DNA of 64,000 nt from a virus, in IMG/VR virus record IMGVR_UViG_3300046804_001245, positions 1 through 64,000 of that record; one strand, written 5' to 3'. Position 1 is the stretch's first letter, and each line of letters begins with the position of its first letter. The translations under genes and the position numbers were made by a program. The notes beneath the pieces are model-generated. The model worked only from the letters and a program-made list of their open reading frames with translations, searched no databases and was not told where the DNA came from. Positions 20,210 through 29,514 of the stretch are shown piece by piece.

Positions 20210-23191
20210 ATGGCAAATCCATCAGTACCAGATTTACTTAAAGATTCTAGCAATCCATTAGGTACTGACAATGAATATTTTCTTGTAACTATTGTAGATT
20301 TAGATTTAGCCACAACATATCCAATTCAATTTAGATGGAAATATAAGGACGGAAAGCCATCAGAAAATTGGTCTGCGGTATACAATGTTCCAACAAGTAC
20401 GTCTACTGTTCCGAATACTCCTCAATTACAAGTTTCGGATGTAGTTGGAGATGCTGGATTTATAAAAGTAACATGGTCTGGAAATGATTCTAGCGGTAAT
20501 CCGATTACAAATATTGATAGAGTTGATGTTCATATTTCTGGATCGTCATTCGGAGACGGAACTAGCCCATCAGGCAATTTTAAAAAGGCTGGCACATTAA
20601 CATTTGCTGCCACTCCTGGAGTATATATAGTTCAATTAAAAGCATATAGACTTAATGGTGCATCTTCATTTTTTAGCACAACAAGAACTGTCACAGTAAC
20701 TGCTCCTGGTGAAACAATTGAAACTCCAACTTTGCCATCTGGAATATCTTCATCAACAGCCCCCTTTGCTCTTACTGTGAACTGGGACGGAACATATAGT
20801 ACAAGTACATTTACGGGATTCAGATCAATAGATATTTATGCTGTAGGATCAGATCTTGGCTCATCTGTAACATCTGGCATAACTTCAACAAATCTTGTTG
20901 GTAGCCTTACTGTAAATAATACGCCAAATAAAATAAATATAAGCTTAGACAATTTAAGACAAGCATTATCTTTAGGCTCAAATTCTGCTGTATATAATGA
21001 TGACGCAAATGGTGTCCCGCAGCCCTGGATATATTTGTATTATAATGCTAGTAATAAAGACGGGACAAGATTTGGCTCACCTACTTATACCAGAATTAAT
21101 TCAAGTGCTCTTGTTCCAACTAAAGCAAACTTTGTAGATTTAACAAGAGGAATTATATCAATTGAGAATCTTGTTGCTGGTAATGGACAATTTTCTTCAT
21201 GGTTAAGAACAGGAACTTCTGGCGGTGCAAGAATAGAGTTAAGTGCTGTATCTGACTTTACAAATGGTGGCAACACAGTTCAAAAAGGTTTAGTTGCATA
21301 TTCAAGCGGTAATACAGAAATATTCAATCTTGACATTGATGCAGGTACATTAACAATAAATGGAAGCGGAACATTTAGCGGAAGCTTAAGCGCTGCTAGC
21401 GGAACATTTACTGGAGCATTAAATATTGGAACTCCAAGCGGAGGGTTATATCCATTTAGTGTAAGTTCAAGCGGTGTGCTTAGAGCAATATCTGGAACAA
21501 TTGGTGGTTTAACATTATCTGCAAGTTCGATAACAAACTCTGGAGGAACATTTGCTTTAGATTCTGGGGGTAAAGCAAGATTTGGCTCTTCTTCTGGTAG
21601 CGCAATAATTATTGATCCAGCCGCCTCTGTTGGCTCTGCTTATATCTATCATAGTTCAAATGGCGGCTCAACAGCAAGTGGAAGCTTTACTGTCAGCTCT
21701 GGCGGAATCCTAACAGCAACAGGAGGAAATTTTAGCGGAACAATTACAAATGGTTCTGACTATTGGAATAGCAACGGAACATTTAGATTTGGCGGAAGCT
21801 CTGGAATTAATTACAATGGATCATCTATAACTTTAGGCTCAAGTGGAAATCCTATAACAATCAATACCTCTACAGGATCGCTATCTATCGGAGGTACGCT
21901 AGTAGCTGGTTCCATAGTTTTATCAAATGGAGATTACTGGAATATTGGAAGCGGATTTCAATTAGGTGGAGCAAGTGGTATAAAATTTGCAGGCTCCACA
22001 GTATCAATAGGGTCAACTGGAAATGCCTTAACAATTAATACGACAAATGGGAATGTTTCTATAGCTGGAAATTTAGCAGCATCCTCAGTAACTATTAATG
22101 CTAGTACAGATTTTTGGACAAGTAGCGGATTCAGGCTCGGAGGAAATAGTGGAATAAATTATTCTGGATCTGGCAATATAACTATAGGTTCATCTGGAAA
22201 CCCAGTAACAATTAATACATCTACTGGAAATGTTTCAATTGGTGGAACTTTAACCGCTAGTGCAATATCTTTATCAAATGGAGATTTTTGGAATTCGAAC
22301 GGAGATTTTCAATTAGGTGGACAACTTGGCATAACATATTCTGCAAGCTCAGTTTCAATAGGAAACTGGAGGGTCGGAATAAATTCACAATTATCATCAT
22401 ACGGCGTTATTTTTGGAAAAGATTTAGATGTATTTTTATATGGAAAATCAACTGACACATATGCAATGGTTACAAATTCAAGAGGAATTGCTATTGCAAC
22501 AGCTATGTCTCCATCGTCAATAGCGATTACTACTGGAGGAGCAATATCGGCTGGAGGTAGAGTTGTTGGAGTAGGTACTTCAGGAAGCAGATCACAGTTT
22601 GACTATTTAAATGTTACTAATTTTATGTCCATTTATGGAGGTTATGGAGTAGATACAAATTGGTCTCCAAACACAGATAACTCTAAAGATTTAGGATTAG
22701 CTACATCTGGCCCAGGAAACGATTCTTCTAACATAAGATGGAGAAGGTTGTATGCCAATAATACAACTGTAAGCACATCAGACATAAGATTGAAAAAAGA
22801 TGTTATTGATTCTCCCCTAGGTTTGGACTTTATAAATAATTTAAGACCAGTTGCTTATAAATGGATTGAGGGAAGCAAAGAAATAGCAAAAGATGAAGAT
22901 GGAAATGAAATACAAATTGGAACCGATTCTTATGGAAAGCCAATTTATCAAACTATTTCTATCCCTGGAGTTCGTAGACATTATGGATTTATAGCTCAAG
23001 AGGTAAAAGAAGCAATAGATGATGCTGGAGTAGATGATTTTGCTGGCTGGGTAAAAGATAATCTTTCCGACCCAGAATCTTATCAATCCTTATCATATGA
23101 GCAATTTACCTCTCCTATTGTGAAAGCAATACAGGAGCTATCGCAAAAAATTTCAAGCATAGAGTCTAGGCTTGACGCCCTTGAAGGATAA
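20210..23191 (+). CDS. tail fibre/spike with C-terminal intramolecular chaperone (Peptidase_S74)
   Basis: FN3-like N-terminus, Gly/Ser-rich repeats, TSDIRLKKDV...LRPV.YKW...HYGFIAQEV...VKAIQEL. Confidence 0.88.
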   Translation: MANPSVPDLLKDSSNPLGTDNEYFLVTIVDLDLATTYPIQFRWKYKDGKPSENWSAVYNVPTSTSTVPNTPQLQVSDVVGDAGFIKVTWSGNDSSGNPITNIDRVDVHISGSSFGDGTSPSGNFKKAGTLTFAATPGVYIVQLKAYRLNGASSFFSTTRTVTVTAPGETIETPTLPSGISSSTAPFALTVNWDGTYSTSTFTGFRSIDIYAVGSDLGSSVTSGITSTNLVGSLTVNNTPNKINISLDNLRQALSLGSNSAVYNDDANGVPQPWIYLYYNASNKDGTRFGSPTYTRINSSALVPTKANFVDLTRGIISIENLVAGNGQFSSWLRTGTSGGARIELSAVSDFTNGGNTVQKGLVAYSSGNTEIFNLDIDAGTLTINGSGTFSGSLSAASGTFTGALNIGTPSGGLYPFSVSSSGVLRAISGTIGGLTLSASSITNSGGTFALDSGGKARFGSSSGSAIIIDPAASVGSAYIYHSSNGGSTASGSFTVSSGGILTATGGNFSGTITNGSDYWNSNGTFRFGGSSGINYNGSSITLGSSGNPITINTSTGSLSIGGTLVAGSIVLSNGDYWNIGSGFQLGGASGIKFAGSTVSIGSTGNALTINTTNGNVSIAGNLAASSVTINASTDFWTSSGFRLGGNSGINYSGSGNITIGSSGNPVTINTSTGNVSIGGTLTASAISLSNGDFWNSNGDFQLGGQLGITYSASSVSIGNWRVGINSQLSSYGVIFGKDLDVFLYGKSTDTYAMVTNSRGIAIATAMSPSSIAITTGGAISAGGRVVGVGTSGSRSQFDYLNVTNFMSIYGGYGVDTNWSPNTDNSKDLGLATSGPGNDSSNIRWRRLYANNTTVSTSDIRLKKDVIDSPLGLDFINNLRPVAYKWIEGSKEIAKDEDGNEIQIGTDSYGKPIYQTISIPGVRRHYGFIAQEVKEAIDDAGVDDFAGWVKDNLSDPESYQSLSYEQFTSPIVKAIQELSQKISSIESRLDALEG
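21758..22370 (+). repeat. four ~58-aa coding repeats in the fibre shaft
   Basis: D[YF]W..G.F.[LF]GG.SGI...G.SGN..TINT.TG..SI.G.L units at 21758, 21932, 22109, 22283. Confidence 0.8.
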
Positions 23192-23222
23192 TGGTATCCT
23201 TTAGGTCTACATTAGGAGAATA

Positions 23223-23381
23223 ATGGAAAATAAAGCAGAACTAGTAATCACCGCCTTGCAACAACGCATCGGCGAGATTGTATCAAATTATGAAACTCAA
23301 GTTGCAATTCTACGTGCAGAAATTACTCAACTTCTTAATGAGAAAAATGCTACGAAGAACGAAGACAGCGACAGTAATTAG
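23223..23381 (+). CDS. small coiled-coil protein (not in ORF track)
   Basis: AGGAG SD, MENKAELVITALQQRIGEIVSNYE..., 52 aa. Confidence 0.65.
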   Translation: MENKAELVITALQQRIGEIVSNYETQVAILRAEITQLLNEKNATKNEDSDSN

Positions 23382-23736
23382 TCCTACTATGCTCCCATCA
23401 GGTCTTGCAGTCAAGACCGATAAGGGAGTATATTGGATTAAAGACAATAAGAGATATAAACTTATTTCTGATCGTGCCGCAAAATCGTGGTCATTCACAA
23501 CTGTAAATGCCACGGAGCAGGCGGTAGCAGGAATCAAAGTGGTAGGCAAACTAGGATTCCGTGATGGTACTTTGATAAAGAATATAGCGGATGGTAAAAT
23601 GTATTTAATATCGCAAAATAAAAAGCGGCATATAGTTGACCCAGATGCTTTTGATAGATACGGGTTGGATCGGAAATCAGTTATTGAGGTCTCCGATTCG
23701 GAAGCAAATATGCATGAATTAGGAGATAATTTATAA
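23347..23736 (+). CDS. protein with two VY.I...KR repeats (possible surface/cell-wall binding)
   Basis: GVYWIKDNKRYKL and GTLIK..KMYLISQNKKRHI; start moved to ATG 23347. Confidence 0.5.
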   Translation: MLRRTKTATVISPTMLPSGLAVKTDKGVYWIKDNKRYKLISDRAAKSWSFTTVNATEQAVAGIKVVGKLGFRDGTLIKNIADGKMYLISQNKKRHIVDPDAFDRYGLDRKSVIEVSDSEANMHELGDNL

Positions 23737-24179
23737 TGGCACCATTTGACTCATCAGTAAAATTTAATACTGGGGCTCCGCTTGATGTAAATAAGCTTAA
23801 TAAGCTTCAAGATAACATTACAAGTGTATATCAACAAAATGCGTCTGCTGTTCAAACATTAGGAAGCCAAAATACTTCAATTGCTGGTATTCAAAAAAAT
23901 ATTCAAGTTTTTCCTGTAATTGATAAAGGAACACAAGAAGTAGAGGTAAATGCAGGACAAAAAGTATTTCCATTTGCAAATATAAACTTTACAGAGGCGC
24001 CTATAGTTGTAGCATCACTTAATTATAATCAGGACAAAGAGGTTTGGTTTACAATCTCAGCAGCAGCAAAAAGTACAACACAGTTTTTTATTGAAGCAAC
24101 TGGTGCTGCAAAACAAAATGGCAAAAAGGTTTCTGTCAACTGGATTGCTGTTCAGATGAAAACAATTCAATTCGATTGA
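23736..24179 (+). CDS. minor tail protein, H-type-lectin/gp53-like C-terminus
   Basis: PLD..KLN.L N-terminus; F...F..AP.VV...VNWIA. Confidence 0.55.
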   Translation: MAPFDSSVKFNTGAPLDVNKLNKLQDNITSVYQQNASAVQTLGSQNTSIAGIQKNIQVFPVIDKGTQEVEVNAGQKVFPFANINFTEAPIVVASLNYNQDKEVWFTISAAAKSTTQFFIEATGAAKQNGKKVSVNWIAVQMKTIQFD

Positions 24180-24203
24180 CAATCTGAAATCAAATGCTAC
24201 AAT
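24176..24203 (+). promoter_or_regulatory. promoter TTGACA..TGCTACAAT opening the replication operon
   Basis: Consensus -35 and extended -10, followed by AAACTGC/GCAGTTT hairpin. Confidence 0.65.
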
Positions 24204-24252
24204 TCGTAGCATATAAACTGCTACCTGCAGTTTTTATTAATAAAAGGAAATA

Positions 24253-25059
24253 ATGACAAACGATCTCAAATGGATGTTATCGTCAGATCAGCAGTTCCCT
24301 TATCAGGATAACAAAATGATAAAACTGTGGTTTGAGGTAATGAAATGGTGGAAGCCAGATGTAGTCGATATTCTTGGAGATACCGACGACCAGGCATGCT
24401 ACAGCAAATACACAGAAGGTAGATCTGCAGAATTTTTAAGAATGTACAAGGATCAAAACGGACATTCAATCATGCCGCTCATGCAGCATGAAGCAAAAGG
24501 CGCAAGAGATTTTTATGCCATGAATCGTGAAGTCGCTGGCAAGAATGCAGAATTGTTTACTGCTCTTGGCAATCATGATATTCGTATCTTTAATTATGTA
24601 GATGCTAAATTGCCAGACCATATTAAAGTTGTTACGCCAGAGGCGCTATGGAATTTGGATAGTCTTGGATATGATTATATTTATTACGACGAGTTGCCTA
24701 AGAAGCGCTACGGTGATATCCATGTTCACCATGGTCTATCTGTAGCAGATACGGGCGCAGTTCGTAAAGACATGAATGATCTACAGATATCATTGATTCG
24801 TGGACACTCACATAGAATCGCTTCGCATTTCCAGACTTATGAATTACGAAATAAAGGTAAAGGCGAAACCATTCGTGGCTATGAGATTGGCCATATGTGC
24901 GATCCAAAGAGTTCTGGCATGAAGTATGCACAGCACCACGACTGGCAAAAAGGATTCGCTATTGCTCATATTGAGAATGGTAAATGGCCGCATGTACAAA
25001 TTATTGAAGTATCCCCAGACTACTCATGCGTTGTAGATGGCAAGGTGTTTAAGGTATGA
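24253..25059 (+). CDS. calcineurin-like metallophosphoesterase
   Basis: SDQQ, LGDTDD, GNHD, HHG, GHSHR motifs. Confidence 0.85.
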   Translation: MTNDLKWMLSSDQQFPYQDNKMIKLWFEVMKWWKPDVVDILGDTDDQACYSKYTEGRSAEFLRMYKDQNGHSIMPLMQHEAKGARDFYAMNREVAGKNAELFTALGNHDIRIFNYVDAKLPDHIKVVTPEALWNLDSLGYDYIYYDELPKKRYGDIHVHHGLSVADTGAVRKDMNDLQISLIRGHSHRIASHFQTYELRNKGKGETIRGYEIGHMCDPKSSGMKYAQHHDWQKGFAIAHIENGKWPHVQIIEVSPDYSCVVDGKVFKV

Positions 25060-25244
25060 TGAGTTGTAAAAAGTGTGGCGGAAGAGTCTTTGTGGACAGA
25101 GTCTTTTCGCAAAAATTACACGTAGAGCTGTTCTGCATAATGTGTGGAAAGCGTTGGATGATTAACAAGGATAGAAGCGCATTAGGACGATGGCTGGAAC
25201 AAAGAGAGTTCGAACATCTAAAAGACTTCTCTATTTTTTCTTAG
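25056..25244 (+). CDS. small Zn-ribbon protein
   Basis: CKKCGG...CIMCG. Confidence 0.65.
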   Translation: MMSCKKCGGRVFVDRVFSQKLHVELFCIMCGKRWMINKDRSALGRWLEQREFEHLKDFSIFS

Positions 25245-25678
25245 ACGGGAAAATACATAAGTCTTTGCGAATATCTCGTGCAAGAGATGAGATAGTCGCT
25301 TGGTGTTACCCTGAAAGGCGCAGGGTCATGTATAACTACTCTTTAGTTAATAAACATATGCAAAAGGCATATACTTTACGTGAAGCCGCAAAGCTTTTAA
25401 ATAGACATAAGATTACTGTAGAGGATTATATTTTGGCTGGAAAGATCCAGCAGCCAACTAAAATATATCCAATTAGTAATCCAGATGATGCTGGTTGGTC
25501 TATGTATATGCTTACTGAAGAAGACATATTAAAGATACATCAGTTTATTTTAGATGATGGATATACTTCTGAGGTTCCTTCCCGCTCAGAATTATTGGCT
25601 CTTCTCAAACACAATTTAATATTGTATACTAAGACCAGCGATGGCAAGTTTGTGCCAGTATGGAAGGCGGAGGAATGA
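25190..25678 (+). CDS. HTH DNA-binding protein (excisionase/MerR-like)
   Basis: YTLREAAKLLNRHKITV...ILAGKI. Confidence 0.65.
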   Translation: MAGTKRVRTSKRLLYFFLDGKIHKSLRISRARDEIVAWCYPERRRVMYNYSLVNKHMQKAYTLREAAKLLNRHKITVEDYILAGKIQQPTKIYPISNPDDAGWSMYMLTEEDILKIHQFILDDGYTSEVPSRSELLALLKHNLILYTKTSDGKFVPVWKAEE

Positions 25679-25782
25679 CAGGCAAGGTAGTTATTTGTCC
25701 AGTATGTAAAAAAGAAACAGAGGTTCGTTGGGGCATATTTGCTCACGATACTTTAAATAGACACCTAAAGGAGCATAAGTGA
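25675..25782 (+). CDS. 35-aa C2H2-like zinc-finger peptide (not in ORF track)
   Basis: MTGKVVICPVCK...LNRHLKEHK; ATGA/TGATG coupling on both sides. Confidence 0.55.
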   Translation: MTGKVVICPVCKKETEVRWGIFAHDTLNRHLKEHK

Positions 25783-25991
25783 TGTCAGAGACAAAAGTAA
25801 AAGTAGATCTATCTTTTACCAGAAATTTAGGAAACTATGAAAGTATTAAGATTGGTATTGGCGTAGAAGATATTGTGCGTAGTGGAGAAAATGTAGATTC
25901 TGCTACAGAGCGTGTGTATAAGTTTGTTGAAGAAAAGCTTATTCAAAAGACTCGTGAGGTGGAAGAGGAATTAAGTGGCGGCAAAAAGTAA
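25782..25991 (+). CDS. hypothetical protein
   Basis: TRNLGNYESIKI motif; AAGGAG SD. Confidence 0.6.
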   Translation: MSETKVKVDLSFTRNLGNYESIKIGIGVEDIVRSGENVDSATERVYKFVEEKLIQKTREVEEELSGGKK

Positions 25992-26298
25992 AGAACCTTA
26001 CATTCTAATATCTCTATACGAAAACTTGTATACAGAGAAATACAAAAAGAAGCCTCGTATAAATAAGTTTCGTGAGAAGTGGGCTATGCAAGATGTTATA
26101 GATAGTGTAGGATATGACCGTGCCAAAGAATTGCTTGAGTATTATTTTAAGACTAGCAAATCTGGACATCCGCTTAATTTCTTTTTCTATAATTTTGATA
26201 GAATAGATCAGGTTCAGTCAGACATTGAAAAGGATAAGGCGAATAGAGCGATGCTAAGAGAGCAGACGAAGAAACTAGTAGAAGGCGGACAAGAGTGA
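25975..26298 (+). CDS. hypothetical protein (possible helicase loader)
   Basis: Immediately upstream of DnaB; function from position only. Confidence 0.45.
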   Translation: MAAKSKEPYILISLYENLYTEKYKKKPRINKFREKWAMQDVIDSVGYDRAKELLEYYFKTSKSGHPLNFFFYNFDRIDQVQSDIEKDKANRAMLREQTKKLVEGGQE

Positions 26299-27548
26299 AT
26301 ATAGAAGCAAAAGTAATCACAGCAGTATGCAACAATAAAGATATTAGTACATTGCTTGCCGCTAACGTTGATGAGCTATTTACTTCCTATCGTGATGTGT
26401 GGGAAAGCTTAAAGAATTACTATTACAAATTTAAGGCTGTTCCTGAAGTCGGAATCATTATGGAACGACACAAGGACTTCGAACCAGACCCATCAGCAAA
26501 AGCAGAGACTGGATATTATCTTGATCAATTAAAGAATGAATATATTTCTAGCAGGCTTAAATCTATTATTTTGCAGGCAGGCGCATCGCTCAAAGAAGAT
26601 TCTGCATCAAGAGTACTAGCAGATATTCAAAGTAAACTTGCTGGATTGAGCAGGCATACAAACAATATTCGTGATATTGATCTTACAGATATTGAATTAG
26701 CAGAGCAACATTTTGCATCAGTTAAAGAACGCTCAGCAGCAATGGGCGGCAGTCCAGGAATTATTACTGGTATTGAAGCAATCGACAAGGCATATCCTAC
26801 AGGCATGGCCCCAGGACATTTAATTGTTGCAATTGGTTGGCCAGGACGTGGTAAGACTTGGTTCACATCATATCTTGCATGCAAGGCATGGGAACAAGGA
26901 TTCAAACCTATGATTATCTCGCTTGAGATGTCCCCAGAGAATATGCGTGACCGTATCTACACAATTATGGGCTCTGGCTTATTTAAGAACAGCGACTTCT
27001 CAAAAGGTGATGTAAATGTAGATGACTTCAAGGCTTGGGGTAAAAAGAAGTTTGAGAATAAGAATGGATTTATTCTTGTATCAAATGAAGGATTGGCTGA
27101 CGTAACGCCAGCAACTGTTCAAGGTAAAATTGATCAACATAAACCTGATTTGGTTATTCTTGATTACCACCAGCTTTTTAATGACAATAAGCGAAGCAAC
27201 TCCGAAGTAGAGCGTAACCGTAATATTTCTCGTGAGTTTAAATTGCTAGCAGTTTCAAATAATATTCCGATTGTCGACATCACTGCTGCAACGGCTGACG
27301 ACATATCGGACCAAGATGAGCCGCCAATGATGAGCCAAGTTGCTTGGTCAAAGGCGATTGAATACGATGCTGATATGGCTATGGCTATCCACAGATATCC
27401 AAATACAAATATGATTGAAGTAGTTAGCCGTAAGAACCGTCATGGACATGAGTTTGATTTCTATTTAGACTGGGATATTAATAGAGGTATTATCAAGCCT
27501 ATCTATGAAAACCTACCAAATATGAAGAATGACTCATCGACAAATTAA
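26295..27548 (+). CDS. dnaB: replicative DNA helicase, DnaB family
   Basis: Walker A GWPGRGKT, SLEM, VILDYHQL, IEYDAD, KNRHG. Confidence 0.93.
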   Translation: MNIEAKVITAVCNNKDISTLLAANVDELFTSYRDVWESLKNYYYKFKAVPEVGIIMERHKDFEPDPSAKAETGYYLDQLKNEYISSRLKSIILQAGASLKEDSASRVLADIQSKLAGLSRHTNNIRDIDLTDIELAEQHFASVKERSAAMGGSPGIITGIEAIDKAYPTGMAPGHLIVAIGWPGRGKTWFTSYLACKAWEQGFKPMIISLEMSPENMRDRIYTIMGSGLFKNSDFSKGDVNVDDFKAWGKKKFENKNGFILVSNEGLADVTPATVQGKIDQHKPDLVILDYHQLFNDNKRSNSEVERNRNISREFKLLAVSNNIPIVDITAATADDISDQDEPPMMSQVAWSKAIEYDADMAMAIHRYPNTNMIEVVSRKNRHGHEFDFYLDWDINRGIIKPIYENLPNMKNDSSTN

Positions 27549-27828
27549 AAGATTTCAAATTCGTGTAGAATTTGCAGACGATTCTGATATGATTAGAATT
27601 AAAAATCAATATGAAAATATGCTCACTCATGATATGAGGAGCAGGGGATACGCAAGAGTTCTTGACATAGACCCAGCATTTTCGGTAGAATTCACAGGCG
27701 AGACATGGAAGTTCATAATGACAATCCATGGTGTTTATGTAGGAAAGAAGAAGGCATGGGAATCAGAGGGGATTACACAGGGCAAGCTGATACCTCGTTC
27801 TATACGCCAAGTCACGTCAAGGCAATAA
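27529..27828 (+). CDS. hypothetical protein
   Basis: Overlap-coupled ORF between helicase and primase. Confidence 0.55.
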   Translation: MTHRQIKRFQIRVEFADDSDMIRIKNQYENMLTHDMRSRGYARVLDIDPAFSVEFTGETWKFIMTIHGVYVGKKKAWESEGITQGKLIPRSIRQVTSRQ

Positions 27829-28754
27829 TAAAAGGCCTTGGCTTAAATATAGTTGGCGAATCTAACGATAATCTAATCCTTTATTGCCCATTCCATAACA
27901 ACACAAATACCCCATGCTTCTATATCAGCGAAAAAACTGGAGCTTGGCTTTGCTTTAATCCATCATGCGGAGAAGCAGGCGGACTAAAAGATTTAGTAAA
28001 AAGAATACTAGGCAAGAATGAGTTTGAAGTATTGAGATTCATTATGTCAAAAAAGTCAGAAGCAGATGATGTATTTGAAGATACATTAAATTCATTGTTT
28101 GACGATAAGCCAGACTTTGAGGAATTCCCGCAGCAGACATTAGATAATCTTTATGAAGAACTAGGAAATTCAGATAGTGCTAAAGAATACTTTAAGTCTA
28201 GAGGAATAAATGAAGAGTCAATGCAACATTTTAAACTCGGATATTCTAGTAAAATGGGCATGGTCATTGTGCCAGTACATAGCCCAGACGGTATGCCAGT
28301 AGGTCTTGTCGGCAGATCTATTACAGAAAAGAAATTTAAGAATAGCACAAATCTGCCAAAGAATAAGACCATGTTTAACATTCATAGGGCAAAAAGAATT
28401 GGCGAGAATGTTATTATTGTTGAATCAAGTTTTGATGCAATTAGAATTCATCAGGCGGGATTTCCAAATGTTGTCGCAACATTAGGCGGACATTTATCAA
28501 AAGAAAATTTGGCATTACTAAATAGATATTTTAATCGCATAACTATTATGACAGATGCAGATTTGGCTGGCAGGGAATTAGGTCTCAGCATAGCTAATAG
28601 ATTAAAGAATAAGGATGTCTTGTGGGCCTCGTATGAATATGGTAAGATATATCCACATGACGCAAAAGATGCTGGCGATATGACTGAAAAAGAAATTGTC
28701 GCTTGTATTAAAAACGCAGTTTCCGATATCGAATATCGATCTTGGAACCCATGA
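27756..28754 (+). CDS. dnaG: DNA primase (CHC2 Zn finger + TOPRIM)
   Basis: CPFH..CFNPSC, VESSFDA, DADLAG, KDAGDM; start placed at ATG 27756. Confidence 0.9.
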   Translation: MGIRGDYTGQADTSFYTPSHVKAIIKGLGLNIVGESNDNLILYCPFHNNTNTPCFYISEKTGAWLCFNPSCGEAGGLKDLVKRILGKNEFEVLRFIMSKKSEADDVFEDTLNSLFDDKPDFEEFPQQTLDNLYEELGNSDSAKEYFKSRGINEESMQHFKLGYSSKMGMVIVPVHSPDGMPVGLVGRSITEKKFKNSTNLPKNKTMFNIHRAKRIGENVIIVESSFDAIRIHQAGFPNVVATLGGHLSKENLALLNRYFNRITIMTDADLAGRELGLSIANRLKNKDVLWASYEYGKIYPHDAKDAGDMTEKEIVACIKNAVSDIEYRSWNP

Positions 28755-28806
28755 TATAATGAAAGAACAGACGGATCTATACCGTCAACTATAAAGGAGA
28801 AACTAT

Positions 28807-29475
28807 ATGGGTATCGTAAAAGGTCTAAAAGACCTAAACAAAGCGCTAGATAAGCCACAATCATCTGGCGAAGGTAGCAAAGCAAAATGGGTAAAGCTTG
28901 AAGATGGAGAAAGCGTAAAGATTCGTTTCCTTCAAGAACTTGATCCAGATTCACCAAACTATAATGAAAAGCTCGGACTGGGTTTTATTGCAGTAGAGCA
29001 TACAAATCCTAAAGATTATCGTCGCAAGGCGCTATGCACCATGGATGACCAGGGCAAGTGTCACGGTTGCGATCAACATCGCAAGGATTATAAGGCGGGA
29101 TGGAAGGGTCGTTCACGACTTTACATCAATGTCCTAGTTGATGATGGAAAGAATGAGCCATACGTAGCAATTCTTTCACAAGGTTCTAGCGGCAAAACCG
29201 TTACACCTACACTAATTGAATACGCAGGAGAAATGGGTTCAATCACAAATCTGATGTGGCGTATCAAGAGAACTGGTCTAAAGACCGAAACAAGTTATAC
29301 CATTATCCCATTGGCAAAAGATGAGACTCCATTCGATTCCTCAGCCATTGAATTGTATAAGTTGGAAGAAACTGCTGTGCGTGACTTGCCATACGCAGAG
29401 CAGGAAGCTTTCTTTAATGGAGAAGGCGGAGCAGAAGAGGCTGAATCTGCAACTAGCAGCAGTCTAGATTGGTAA
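28807..29475 (+). CDS. single-stranded DNA-binding protein (gp32-like)
   Basis: KIRFL, C..C, YINVLV, acidic tail; own promoter TGATATAAT 28752 and AAAGGAG SD. Confidence 0.72.
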   Translation: MGIVKGLKDLNKALDKPQSSGEGSKAKWVKLEDGESVKIRFLQELDPDSPNYNEKLGLGFIAVEHTNPKDYRRKALCTMDDQGKCHGCDQHRKDYKAGWKGRSRLYINVLVDDGKNEPYVAILSQGSSGKTVTPTLIEYAGEMGSITNLMWRIKRTGLKTETSYTIIPLAKDETPFDSSAIELYKLEETAVRDLPYAEQEAFFNGEGGAEEAESATSSSLDW

Positions 29476-29479
29476 TAGT

Positions 29480-29501
29480 TTGGGGCCCGAAAGGGCCCCA
29501 A
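29480..29501 (+). terminator. GC-rich stem-loop between ssb and dnaE (attenuator/stabiliser)
   Basis: TTGGGGCCC-GAAA-GGGCCCCAA; no strong U tract. Confidence 0.55.
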
Positions 29502-29514
29502 TACAAAGGCGGTT

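Noticed and set aside
20210-24179. Diversity-generating retroelement acting on tail fibres
   Set aside because: No reverse transcriptase and no adenine-specific template/variable repeat pair; fibre repeats are ordinary diverged coding repeats
28451-28957. 168-aa antisense ORF across primase/ssb and similar short antisense ORFs
   Set aside because: Overlap well-supported + strand genes, lack initiation signals and recognisable motifs
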